A stretch of DNA of 64,000 bases from Candidatus Omnitrophota bacterium (GTDB lineage: Bacteria > Omnitrophota > Gorgyraeia > B26-G9): contig JBDRJV010000035.1 of assembly GCA_043814605.1 (NCBI GenBank), forward strand, positions 10,275 to 74,274. Reading direction: 5' to 3'. Below, piece after piece: positions 10,042 to 19,477 of the stretch. Position numbers and translations under genes: made by a program. Numbering within the stretch: position 1 is the first letter of the stretch; every line of letters begins with the position of its first letter. The notes below the pieces were generated by a model. That model was not told the DNA's origin. It did no database searches and saw nothing but the letters and a program-made list of their open reading frames with translations.

Positions 10042-11343
10042 TTAAATCGCCTGTTCGATTATCCCTTTATTAATAAATAAATTACTTTCTTGCGCTTCAA
10101 TGGGCAATGCTGGCTTTATTTGTTCGAATAAAACATTGAAATCCAACATGGAGTTTTGCGCTTTTATTGCAAAAATATCAAAATTATCCCAACCTTCAGA
10201 TTCATATGAATTAATTTTTTCAGTGATCAAGTTATATTTTTTAAATAAATCATAAATATAGTCGCTCCCCTTTAACACAACCATGTATAAAACTCCGTTG
10301 GGAGTAAGATACATATTAAATTCAGAAAACAATTTATTAAAAAACTCATAACTATTTTCTATTTCGGATACCCCTCGGCGTTGGTTAAATTTCGGAAAAA
10401 TTGTTTCCCCGGGTGGGAAAAATGCCATTGCACTAAATTTTCGCCCTTTTAAATTAGCAAATAAATTAGAATTTATTACTTCTACTTTATCCTCAACTCC
10501 TAAAGCATTAACTACCATCCGCGTATTTGTTATTGCTGTTTTTTTGTAATCAATGGCAACTGCGTTAGCTCCTGTTTTTTTTGCAATAATTCCGCTAAGA
10601 AAACCTGCGCCTGAGCCAATTTCTAAAATCTTATCCTGAGAATTAACTCTTTCTAAAACACTTTTTATCAGTATTTCTGTAGCTTTATTAATTGGATAAT
10701 ATACAGCAGAAACATATGGCAATTTATCAATACCTATATTCCAGTTTTTTAAAGAAACAGGCTTTATTAAAAAGATAGAAACTCCTTCATCAAAAATAAG
10801 TGAATTATCTAGTTGTTTTTTTAATTTTGGTAATTGTTCCGGGTCTAAATCCATCGCGGTAATTTCAACAAGATTGATTAAAAAAGTTCTTCGGTAATGC
10901 ATTAATTTTATCTTTAGTGCTAAAGGGTAGTTATCAGAATTTCTGATTAAAAATGCTTCAAATTCATTATTTAGACCTGGGATAATTTCTTTAACTAATT
11001 CTGTATTACCAATATTGACCGGAATATTGTTAGCGATTGGATTTTTCTGCTTAATAATTTCAAGTTTCAAATCGTCTAAAAAAACTTCAACCGTAGAATT
11101 AAGCTTAGGAAATTTAATTTTATCAAATAATGGTTTATTCCTATTCTGCCTGGTTAGAGAAATTTGTATATTTTTAAAAATTTCAGAAAAGTTATTAGCA
11201 TTTAATTGCATTGCCGGTGAAAGCAAATCGCTATTTTTATACGCAAAATTTTTCCCTGCTCCAAATGCCCATGTATGGGTTATTAAAATAAGCATTTGAA
11301 TTAAAATAAGTAATAGAATATTAAAAAACAATTTCTTATTCAT
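10042..11343 (-). CDS. Exported class I SAM-dependent methyltransferase (HemK/MTS-like); LSP motif and IEQAI tail
   Basis: Signal peptide ..HTWA|F; ILEIGSGAG motif I, AID, SNLF; FFPP at the NPPY position. Confidence 0.75.
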   Translation of the reverse strand: MNKKLFFNILLLILIQMLILITHTWAFGAGKNFAYKNSDLLSPAMQLNANNFSEIFKNIQISLTRQNRNKPLFDKIKFPKLNSTVEVFLDDLKLEIIKQKNPIANNIPVNIGNTELVKEIIPGLNNEFEAFLIRNSDNYPLALKIKLMHYRRTFLINLVEITAMDLDPEQLPKLKKQLDNSLIFDEGVSIFLIKPVSLKNWNIGIDKLPYVSAVYYPINKATEILIKSVLERVNSQDKILEIGSGAGFLSGIIAKKTGANAVAIDYKKTAITNTRMVVNALGVEDKVEVINSNLFANLKGRKFSAMAFFPPGETIFPKFNQRRGVSEIENSYEFFNKLFSEFNMYLTPNGVLYMVVLKGSDYIYDLFKKYNLITEKINSYESEGWDNFDIFAIKAQNSMLDFNVLFEQIKPALPIEAQESNLFINKGIIEQAI

Positions 11344-11398
11344 AATTATTAATTTATCGTTAATTTATACTTTTAAAATGGTTTTATTATATTATATA

Positions 11399-11427
11399 AT
11401 TATATCATATTTAAATTAACTTTGCAA
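11399..11427 (-). promoter_or_regulatory. Putative sigma70 promoter (extended -10)
   Basis: TTGCAA-N17-TATAAT with TG upstream of the -10. Confidence 0.7.
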
Positions 11428-11577
11428 ATCATTGAATTTATAACTTTCTTTATATCAATTAGATATGATAACTTATAAGTAAAATTTATCTTTAAACATT
11501 AAATTTAACTAATTAACTAAATAAAATACTCAACTAGTTTAAAATACCATAGTTAAGTGTTTATGAACATTAGGTTT

Positions 11578-14500
11578 TTAAATTGAACGCTCTAAATTCA
11601 TTATGAGTGCTTGCGAAGGAGCAGCGCTTTTTTCTAATATTTTATCTTCTCCTGTGTTTTTGACTGCTTCAGCCTGTTGTTGGGATAATTTTTCACTGAG
11701 TAATTCTAAAGCTTTTTTCATTGTTTGTTTTATTACAGGCAATTTAGTTTTGTCTTTGTAAAATATAACTAATCCCGGAGTCCCGCCAATAGCCATCATT
11801 CTTGCACTGTTACCGAATTCATAAACATTTAAGGCAATATTTAAAGTTAAACCTTTAGAGATTTCCAAAGAACCAAGCTCCCCTTCACCTTCCGGAAAAG
11901 AATGCGTAGGAATAAGAAATGCCAGAATTGACCTTTCAACCTGTGCCTGCATTCCTTCAATCGCAACATGAGAGAAACCCGGAAATACCATGCTAAAATT
12001 ACTAATCCCGAATTTCCCTAAATTTTCATTAATACTTTTTTTAACCTCTCCGATGTTTTCATCCTGAGCATCTGAAATCATATATCCTAAGCCAAAATAT
12101 TCAACAGTATCCAACCTGCCTTGTTGCTGTAACAAGTTAAAATAATAGCTTGCAATTACCTCCGGAGCATCATCGAAAGATTTATCCTTATAATTATTTT
12201 CTTCTTCCTGAGATATATTTTGTTCGCAAGCCACAGACATAACTATTCCGTTGTCTATATCCTTATGCACAACAACTTCATTATCTAAAGGCGGCAACGA
12301 ATAATCACTGCTTAATCTGCCCATATTTTTAAAGGCCTCGAAAGAATCCAAAATCACATCAACCATTTCTGTTTTTTTACCGCCAGATTCTGCATAATCA
12401 CTATAAAATATTGTCTTATTAATCGCTGCCAAAATTATTCCTGCTAAATCTTCAAGATTAACCCCCAAATCATCAGCAACCGGAATCAGCACATTCTCAA
12501 TATAAGCATTAAAAGCTCCTGGCAAACTGATATCATTTACATTCATTTTTGCCTGTTTAATTTTATCTGTAAGCTGTTTACGCCACTCGGATCTTCTTAT
12601 CGCTTTAGCCGCTTGAGCATTTTCTACAACCTCTTTCATCGGGATTATTCTATCTTTAAAACTTAATGCCTCACCAGGCTGTTTAAGCTGGCGCAGCATC
12701 AGAATTCCCTGAGATTCCGCTGTTGTTTCTCGGGTTGTTTTTACCGCAAGATTTGAGGTTGGGTCTTTATCTTCAAAATGGGAAAGCGTGATTACTTCTG
12801 TCTGCATCAGAACGGTAGCCCGGGCTTGAACCGCTAAATTATAGGCTAATTTTCTGTCTACTTCTGCCTGAGAATCACCTTTATTGACCTTTTCTATCCG
12901 CAACTCAATTACCTGCACAGGGATTTGATATAAACTTCTTAACATATTACTTTGAATTCGCATCGCCGCAGCCTCAGGAGAATTAGAGTCAATAAAAAAT
13001 ATAAACTGATAAAGATCAGGCCGGGCTTGTGCCAATTGCATATAATCATTATTGTTATCTCCAAAAGCAGAGAAAGAATGAATAAAATTATTTCTTTGTA
13101 ACCCCGGCGCCAGGCCGGCAATACCTTCATTTGTATTCTGCGCATGTTCCATAATAAAATTTGATAAAGTTTCCGGATAAACCATCCAAAATTTATTACG
13201 ATCTTTTGTATAATTTCGGCGTGCAGAAACAGCTAATTTACTTGCCGCGTTATTCATTGCCTGGTTAAGATTATTATCTTTTATCCGTTTCGGCATTAAT
13301 TCAATATTCGTTTGATAAATCCCCTGAGCATAAACCTTGAGCATTTTTTCCGCCCAATCAAATGTTTTATGTTTATCTTTAAACTGTTTATATCCGATAA
13401 TTGCCAGCCAGGAATATAAAGGCCCATAAACCATATCTGTTAATTCTAACATGTGCCGGCCGCCAATATCACTTCTGGTATTATCAATAAAGTAAACTGT
13501 CCCTTGCTCTGGATCAATGCTCATGGTCAAATTTTTTACTCTTCCTGCATTAGCCCAGGAAATCACATTTAAAATCTGCAGGAAAGCATTCGGATTAATC
13601 AGAATTTCCTGTAAATCAGCGGGTTCCGTTGTATTCCCGCTGCGGCTCATAACCCACATGATTACATTTTTAATTGTCGGGTCTCTAAAATTTTCTAAAA
13701 CCTGAAGGATTTGTGCCGGATTATCAACAATTTGTAAATTAAAGTTTATGCCTAAAGCTTTAACTAATTGATCCAGGATATCTCTTAAACGACGCGCATA
13801 CTGTTCATTTGCGCCAATGCCATTATTCAACACATTATCAATTTCTTCTATGTTCAGGTTATTTTCCATAAAATTTCTTAAGCCATCAATTGATTCTCTT
13901 AAATCCGAAAGCCCTTTTTCTCCATAAATTTCCAGATTAGATTCACTTGTAAACCACTCTGGTTTTTCTTTTCCATAACCAGGAAGCTGTAAAAACCGGC
14001 CGTAAAAATCATCAATCCCGTCAAAATGCGGAAAACTTGTTGTCTGCGCATCAATAAACTTTTGGATTAAAAGATTAGACAAATAATTTGCTGGGCCTGG
14101 ATTTAAAGCCGGGCTTTGCGAAGCAGGATAAACAGTAACTTCTTTATCCGTTACATTAATTTTAAGATAATTGTCACTTAAATCACTTATATTTAATGTT
14201 CCTGCATGTTTTGCTGCGTTAAGTTCATATCTTAGTATTTTAGATTTTAACTTTGGATTTTTCTTTAATATTTCCAAAACCTGCTCTTTAGTCTTACCGG
14301 ATTTTTTTGCTAATTCAATCACCGCCGGAACAAATGCATCTGCATCTAATGCATTAATAATTGTGCCAATAAGCCTTTCATAATTATATATACCGGCAAG
14401 ATCCATAGAAGCTTTAATCTCTTGCATTAAAAATTTTGGGTTTATTGCGGGTATCGCGTACTTTTTTAGAATATCTTCTTTCTTAATGCTAAACATTTGA

Positions 14501-14676
14501 TAGAAATTGATATTTTGCATATTAATAACTGGAGCAAGATTATTTCTTTCTTGAGGATTTGCACTTAATGACTTAATATCCCCGTCAGCAAAAGACATAT
14601 TTGATAATAAAAAACCATGAATAATTAGAAGAGTAAGAACTTTAACCCAAAATTTTCCTGTAAGAAACTTAACCAT
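11578..14676 (-). CDS. Exported large protein with phosphoglucose isomerase/SIS-like domain; LAP motif and LERSI tail
   Basis: Signal ..MSFA|D; NGIGAN (GIGGS), MSRSGNTTE (SKSGxTxE), DIGGRH (GGRYS) and QNTNEG (QLxxES) resemble PGI; SD aaggag. Confidence 0.65.
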   Translation of the reverse strand: MVKFLTGKFWVKVLTLLIIHGFLLSNMSFADGDIKSLSANPQERNNLAPVINMQNINFYQMFSIKKEDILKKYAIPAINPKFLMQEIKASMDLAGIYNYERLIGTIINALDADAFVPAVIELAKKSGKTKEQVLEILKKNPKLKSKILRYELNAAKHAGTLNISDLSDNYLKINVTDKEVTVYPASQSPALNPGPANYLSNLLIQKFIDAQTTSFPHFDGIDDFYGRFLQLPGYGKEKPEWFTSESNLEIYGEKGLSDLRESIDGLRNFMENNLNIEEIDNVLNNGIGANEQYARRLRDILDQLVKALGINFNLQIVDNPAQILQVLENFRDPTIKNVIMWVMSRSGNTTEPADLQEILINPNAFLQILNVISWANAGRVKNLTMSIDPEQGTVYFIDNTRSDIGGRHMLELTDMVYGPLYSWLAIIGYKQFKDKHKTFDWAEKMLKVYAQGIYQTNIELMPKRIKDNNLNQAMNNAASKLAVSARRNYTKDRNKFWMVYPETLSNFIMEHAQNTNEGIAGLAPGLQRNNFIHSFSAFGDNNNDYMQLAQARPDLYQFIFFIDSNSPEAAAMRIQSNMLRSLYQIPVQVIELRIEKVNKGDSQAEVDRKLAYNLAVQARATVLMQTEVITLSHFEDKDPTSNLAVKTTRETTAESQGILMLRQLKQPGEALSFKDRIIPMKEVVENAQAAKAIRRSEWRKQLTDKIKQAKMNVNDISLPGAFNAYIENVLIPVADDLGVNLEDLAGIILAAINKTIFYSDYAESGGKKTEMVDVILDSFEAFKNMGRLSSDYSLPPLDNEVVVHKDIDNGIVMSVACEQNISQEEENNYKDKSFDDAPEVIASYYFNLLQQQGRLDTVEYFGLGYMISDAQDENIGEVKKSINENLGKFGISNFSMVFPGFSHVAIEGMQAQVERSILAFLIPTHSFPEGEGELGSLEISKGLTLNIALNVYEFGNSARMMAIGGTPGLVIFYKDKTKLPVIKQTMKKALELLSEKLSQQQAEAVKNTGEDKILEKSAAPSQALIMNLERSI

Positions 14677-14778
14677 GTTTTACTCCTTTATGGGCAAACA
14701 TTAATTAAAATATTTTTACTTGAGAATTAGGAATATTCCTTTTTAATTTACCTTTAAAAAGAAATAAATAAGTTCAAA

Positions 14779-14807
14779 AGTATACCATATAATATTGTTA
14801 TATACAA
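14779..14807 (-). promoter_or_regulatory. Putative sigma70 promoter (extended -10)
   Basis: TTGTAT-N17-TATACT with TG. Confidence 0.6.
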
Positions 14808-14944
14808 GGGCCGGAATAATTTTTCTTTTACTATAACTTGCTGTACATAAAGGTGTTAAGATAAAGATTGAAAATTGTTCAGCATATAATTTTATTAAAC
14901 AATTATTTTAATTTAATGGGGAGGAATTTTTATCCTAAAAACAA

Positions 14945-16348
14945 TTAAAACCGAAAAAGACGTTTAAGGGCAACATAAGAATACCAAAACATATTCAATT
15001 TATAAGGAAATCGGATAATTATCCGCACAATCCTTTTAATATCCAGAAAAAATTTACGATAGGCAAGCTTTTGTAATTGATGTAATCTTTTTGTGGCAAC
15101 TGTACTTAAATTAAAATCATGCAACCAATAATCAACTTCATAATATTGTTCTGCGGGTAATTTTGAGTATTTTTTTGCTAAATCCCATAATCCTGTTCGT
15201 TCAAAGGGAACAACAATAAAAAAATTTGCTAAATGAAGTTGAGATTTAACTGCAAAATCTATAGTCATTTTTACTTCCTCTTCAGTTTCAGTAGGAAATC
15301 CGAGCATAAAAAAAGCTTGGATAAGAATCTTATATTTATTAAGCAAGTTGATACTTTCAACTATTTTTTTTAAATCAAGATTTTTTTTAATTAATTTTTG
15401 AATACGTGCTGATGCTGTTTCAACTGCAACTGTAACTAAGTTTACTCCGGCAGCTTTTAATTTTTTAACATCCTCTTCATTAAGAATATCTCCTCTTAAA
15501 GCGTTAGGGAAAGAAAATGAAATATTTAACTTTTGTTCAACTATAGAATCAAGAATTTCATGCATTCTTTTTCTCTCAAAATTAAACGTATCATCATAAA
15601 TTAAAAATTGGTGAATATTAAAATTTTTCTGCATATATTTTATTTCATCAATTACATTATCCGGGCTTCTCCCTCTAAATTTCTTACCAAAAACATGATG
15701 ACAATACGCACATTGATAAGGACATCCGCGGCTTGTAAAAATCGGCAAATACCTTAATGGTCCTAAGGTAGACATATTTCTTGTTTTAAAATATTTTTTT
15801 AAATCTAACAGATCAAAAGCAGGATAAGGCAAGGAATCTAAGTTTTCCATAAAAGCAGGCGAACCTGTAAAAATAACCTTACCTTCTCGGGCAAAAGCAA
15901 TCCCTTTTATCTGAGACAAATTTCCGTTATTGAGCAATACTTTAACTATATTTTCTATTGTCCCTTCTGTTTCTCCTACAGCAACTAAGTCTATTGATGG
16001 CTCAAGAGCCAGACTATCATAATGAATTGTTGCATGAGCTCCTCCTACGATAAGTTTAACATCAGGTAATGTTTGTTTTATTTTATTAGCAACCTCAAGC
16101 ATCAATCCAGCATTATAAGTCATTGCCGATAAGCCGACAATTGCCGGGTTTTCTTTTTTAATCACCTCGGTAATTTCCTGCGGATTCATTTTTTTTATCT
16201 TCATATCAAGGATATGAACATTTTTAAAACCAGATTTGCGCATTACAGCTGCTAAATAGCAAATTCCCATCGGCGGGGTCATTATCGGATCATTAGATGT
16301 AAATTTTCCGATATTTATAAAAATTATTTTTCCCTGTTTTGACATCAT
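14945..16348 (-). CDS. B12-binding radical SAM protein
   Basis: PPMGICYLAA, GGAHAT, GETE, TSRGCPYQCAYC. Confidence 0.9.
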   Translation of the reverse strand: MMSKQGKIIFINIGKFTSNDPIMTPPMGICYLAAVMRKSGFKNVHILDMKIKKMNPQEITEVIKKENPAIVGLSAMTYNAGLMLEVANKIKQTLPDVKLIVGGAHATIHYDSLALEPSIDLVAVGETEGTIENIVKVLLNNGNLSQIKGIAFAREGKVIFTGSPAFMENLDSLPYPAFDLLDLKKYFKTRNMSTLGPLRYLPIFTSRGCPYQCAYCHHVFGKKFRGRSPDNVIDEIKYMQKNFNIHQFLIYDDTFNFERKRMHEILDSIVEQKLNISFSFPNALRGDILNEEDVKKLKAAGVNLVTVAVETASARIQKLIKKNLDLKKIVESINLLNKYKILIQAFFMLGFPTETEEEVKMTIDFAVKSQLHLANFFIVVPFERTGLWDLAKKYSKLPAEQYYEVDYWLHDFNLSTVATKRLHQLQKLAYRKFFLDIKRIVRIIIRFPYKLNMFWYSYVALKRLFRF

Positions 16349-16369
16349 TGAGTCTGTACGCCTTTCTGA

Positions 16370-17860
16370 TTAAAACATAATATTTTTAACCAAACTAAAA
16401 ATTTTAAATTCCCAAGGAAATTTAAAATTTAAATTCTTAAGACGATATCTGGCAATCGGTCTATATACTTTGCATAAAAGTCTAACAAAAACAGATTCGA
16501 TTATATCATTGCTTTTTTCATCAATAAATAAACTTAAGAAAAAAATAAAATTTAACTCTTTTTTTTCTTTGGCATTAAACCAGGGCGTAATTATCGTTGA
16601 ACCGTCTATTTTCGCCCATTCTTTTAAAGAACCAGGCATTTTAAAACCCTGTCCTTGTGCCTGTTCTAATAGTTTTGTCCCTGGCTGAGGAGTTAAACAA
16701 AAAGCCGATAATATCCTTGCTTGGGGATTATCTTCAAGCAGTTTAAACATTAAATCAATACTTTTCTTTAAATCTATACGTGTTTCACCCGGCATGCCAA
16801 TCGTAAAATAATAATAGCAAATCATATTAGTTTTTTTAAGACGATTATTTAATTGAATTATATCTAAAAGAGAGGATTTTTTCTGCATTCCTTCAAGCAT
16901 TTTAACAGAGCCTGATTCTGCTCCCATACGTAAAATAGAACATCCTGCGTGTTCGATCAGCTCCAAATAAGCATCACTGACGCTAATTAATTTATCAATA
17001 TCCACTCCTTGTAAAAACCATTTTATAGCTATATTTCTTTTTATTAATCCCCGGGCTATATCTTCAACTCTTTTTAGATCTGTAAAAAATGCATCATCAA
17101 TAAAATCCAAACAGCTAACATTATATTCTTTTACTAACCGTTCAATCCGCTTTAAAACTTTTTCTGCGGATTGAGCGCGCCATTTTCTTTTATTAAACAC
17201 AGGATTATAGCAAAAAATACAATCCTGCACACAGCCGCGGGAAGTTTCTATATTTAATTTTAGTTTGTCTTTTTCAAACCGGGATCCAGCACTAACATTA
17301 TATTCAGACACATTAATCAGATGATACGGCAAATCCGGTAATTCATTTAAATCAATAAAATCACGTATTCCGGTAAAAATAAACTCTTTGTTCTTTTTAT
17401 AATAAATACCCCTGACCTTTGAGATATCTTCTTTTTTTTCAATTGCCTGAGCAAATTCAAACAGAGTTTCTTCTGCTTCGCCCACACAAACATAATCAAT
17501 GCTGGGTTCTTTTAATACAACTTCCGGGATTAAACTCGGATGCACTCCTCCCCAGATTACAGGGATATTAATTTTTAATTTGAAATTTTTTGAACTTTTT
17601 AGATATTCAGAGATTTCCAGCGCATGCAAAATTTGTGTGCCCCCCATTGTATGCACGCCCGCTAAAATTGTATCTTCATTTACTATTTTTTTTAATTCGA
17701 GTTTCCAATCACAATATAAATTCTGGTCAAAAATTTTTACATCATATTTCTCTGTTAAATAAACCGCAGCACTTAATAACCCCAGCGGCAAGGGCCGTTT
17801 TTTACGCAGATTAACAAATAAACCGCCGGTTTTAGGATAAATGAGAATTATTCTTTTCAT
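16370..17860 (-). CDS. B12-binding radical SAM protein
   Basis: LPLGLL, WGGVHPS, GEAE, TSRGCVQDCIFC. Confidence 0.9.
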   Translation of the reverse strand: MKRIILIYPKTGGLFVNLRKKRPLPLGLLSAAVYLTEKYDVKIFDQNLYCDWKLELKKIVNEDTILAGVHTMGGTQILHALEISEYLKSSKNFKLKINIPVIWGGVHPSLIPEVVLKEPSIDYVCVGEAEETLFEFAQAIEKKEDISKVRGIYYKKNKEFIFTGIRDFIDLNELPDLPYHLINVSEYNVSAGSRFEKDKLKLNIETSRGCVQDCIFCYNPVFNKRKWRAQSAEKVLKRIERLVKEYNVSCLDFIDDAFFTDLKRVEDIARGLIKRNIAIKWFLQGVDIDKLISVSDAYLELIEHAGCSILRMGAESGSVKMLEGMQKKSSLLDIIQLNNRLKKTNMICYYYFTIGMPGETRIDLKKSIDLMFKLLEDNPQARILSAFCLTPQPGTKLLEQAQGQGFKMPGSLKEWAKIDGSTIITPWFNAKEKKELNFIFFLSLFIDEKSNDIIESVFVRLLCKVYRPIARYRLKNLNFKFPWEFKIFSLVKNIMF

Positions 17861-17863
17861 GTT

Positions 17864-17940
17864 CAGGTCTCAGGTTACAAGTTACAGGTTTTAAGCCACA
17901 GGCATGTACTAATTCTTCTACTTGCTACTTGCTACTTACT
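17864..17940. repeat. Two adjacent period-7 arrays (caggtta-like; ctacttg)
   Basis: caggtct caggtta caagtta caggttt taagcca; ctacttg ctacttg ctactta. Confidence 0.8.
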
Positions 17941-17952
17941 GCCTGATGCTTG

Positions 17953-19473
17953 TTACTTATTGCTTGTTACTTTTAAAAGTTTATCAATAAATTTATCCGA
18001 TAAATATTTTTTTACTAAATACTCTTTTTTTGCTTTTACGCTTATTGATTTATTTTTCATGATTAGATATTCTTTAATTTTAGATAAATTTACCTGTAGC
18101 ATTTGATAAAAAAGCAGGATTATACTTTTTTGAAAATACCTGCGGAAATGATATTGAGGATGCAATAAAAATAAATATTTTATCGGGTCAAAGGTAGAAA
18201 ATAAATTAAATAAAAAATGCTCAGTGGAAGATTCATCCGAACAAGTCAACCTTGCATCGTGATAAAATAAATCATCAATTTCAAAATCTTGGGTAATATT
18301 TTTATATCCGTAAGTTGTGGGAAAAGCTTTATAATTTCCCGCGCGGGCATCTGTACAGTATTTACGCGCAACAGAGTATTTAAGTTTTTCTGTTTGCTTT
18401 AATCCCGGAATACCGGAAATAAATAAACCCGTAACAAATATGTTATATTTTTTAAGTACTTTTATGGCTTTGAAATAACCCTGATCACGGGTAGAATTAT
18501 CTAACCCCTTATTGATTCTTGTTAATACCCGGGGATTTGTATGCTCAAACCCAATAATTATTCTCTTCAAACCGCTTCTTGCCGCAAAATCAATAAAACC
18601 CGGATTATTAATAATTGTATCAATTCTTAAAAAAGCGCCCCAGCTAAAATCAAATCTCTCCGACAGCATCATCTCAATTAATTGGCTGTCCCTGTTAATA
18701 TCATTAGCAAATCCATCATCAACAATCGCCAGTTGAGAAACCCCCAGGTTTTTTAAAATTTTCAATTCTTCTTTAACCCTGGGAAGAGATTTATACCTCT
18801 GCTGTTTTTCCCAAAAAGAGTTAACCAAACAAAAATTACAATCATTAATACAACCGCGGGAAGTTTCTATGCTTGCCGAAAACCCTTTCTGGGAAAGCAT
18901 TAAATCATAGAGTTTAAAATCAATAATCCCCCAATTAGGCAGAGGAGAACAATCTAAATCATCCAATAACGGATAATCCCCGGTATCGATAATTTGGCCG
19001 GCTGCCTGATAAATAAGTCCCGGGATATCTGCAAGATTTTGCCAATCATTTTTATGGGTTGAAGCTTTAATCAGCCGGAAAAATGTGCCTTCAGCCTCCC
19101 GCTTTACAATTATATCCACGCCTCTTTCAAGCCACTGCCTTGCATAAACATTAGCATGAATCCCGCCTGCGATAATTGGTTTCTGGGGGCAGATTTTTTT
19201 GATTATTTTTATCGTGATTTCATAATTAAGACTAACCAAAGAATCCATTATACTTAAAACAATAACATCATATTTTTGAACAAGTTTTTTGTATTCGGGG
19301 ATTGTTAAACTATCATAAAAACCGTCAAAATAAAAAACTTCATGCTCCAGCGGGACTAAAGCAGCCAGTAAAGGAAAAGTTACTCCGGGATTAGAAAAAA
19401 GATATCTGGCAAAATCATTACGAACCGGCCAGGCAGTATGAATATCTAAGGGGTTTAAGAACAAGATTTTCAC
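17953..19473 (-). CDS. B12-binding radical SAM protein
   Basis: GGIHA, REAE, TSRGCINDCNFC; GTG start. Confidence 0.88.
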   Translation of the reverse strand: MKILFLNPLDIHTAWPVRNDFARYLFSNPGVTFPLLAALVPLEHEVFYFDGFYDSLTIPEYKKLVQKYDVIVLSIMDSLVSLNYEITIKIIKKICPQKPIIAGGIHANVYARQWLERGVDIIVKREAEGTFFRLIKASTHKNDWQNLADIPGLIYQAAGQIIDTGDYPLLDDLDCSPLPNWGIIDFKLYDLMLSQKGFSASIETSRGCINDCNFCLVNSFWEKQQRYKSLPRVKEELKILKNLGVSQLAIVDDGFANDINRDSQLIEMMLSERFDFSWGAFLRIDTIINNPGFIDFAARSGLKRIIIGFEHTNPRVLTRINKGLDNSTRDQGYFKAIKVLKKYNIFVTGLFISGIPGLKQTEKLKYSVARKYCTDARAGNYKAFPTTYGYKNITQDFEIDDLFYHDARLTCSDESSTEHFLFNLFSTFDPIKYLFLLHPQYHFRRYFQKSIILLFYQMLQVNLSKIKEYLIMKNKSISVKAKKEYLVKKYLSDKFIDKLLKVTSNK

Positions 19474-19477
19474 AAAA

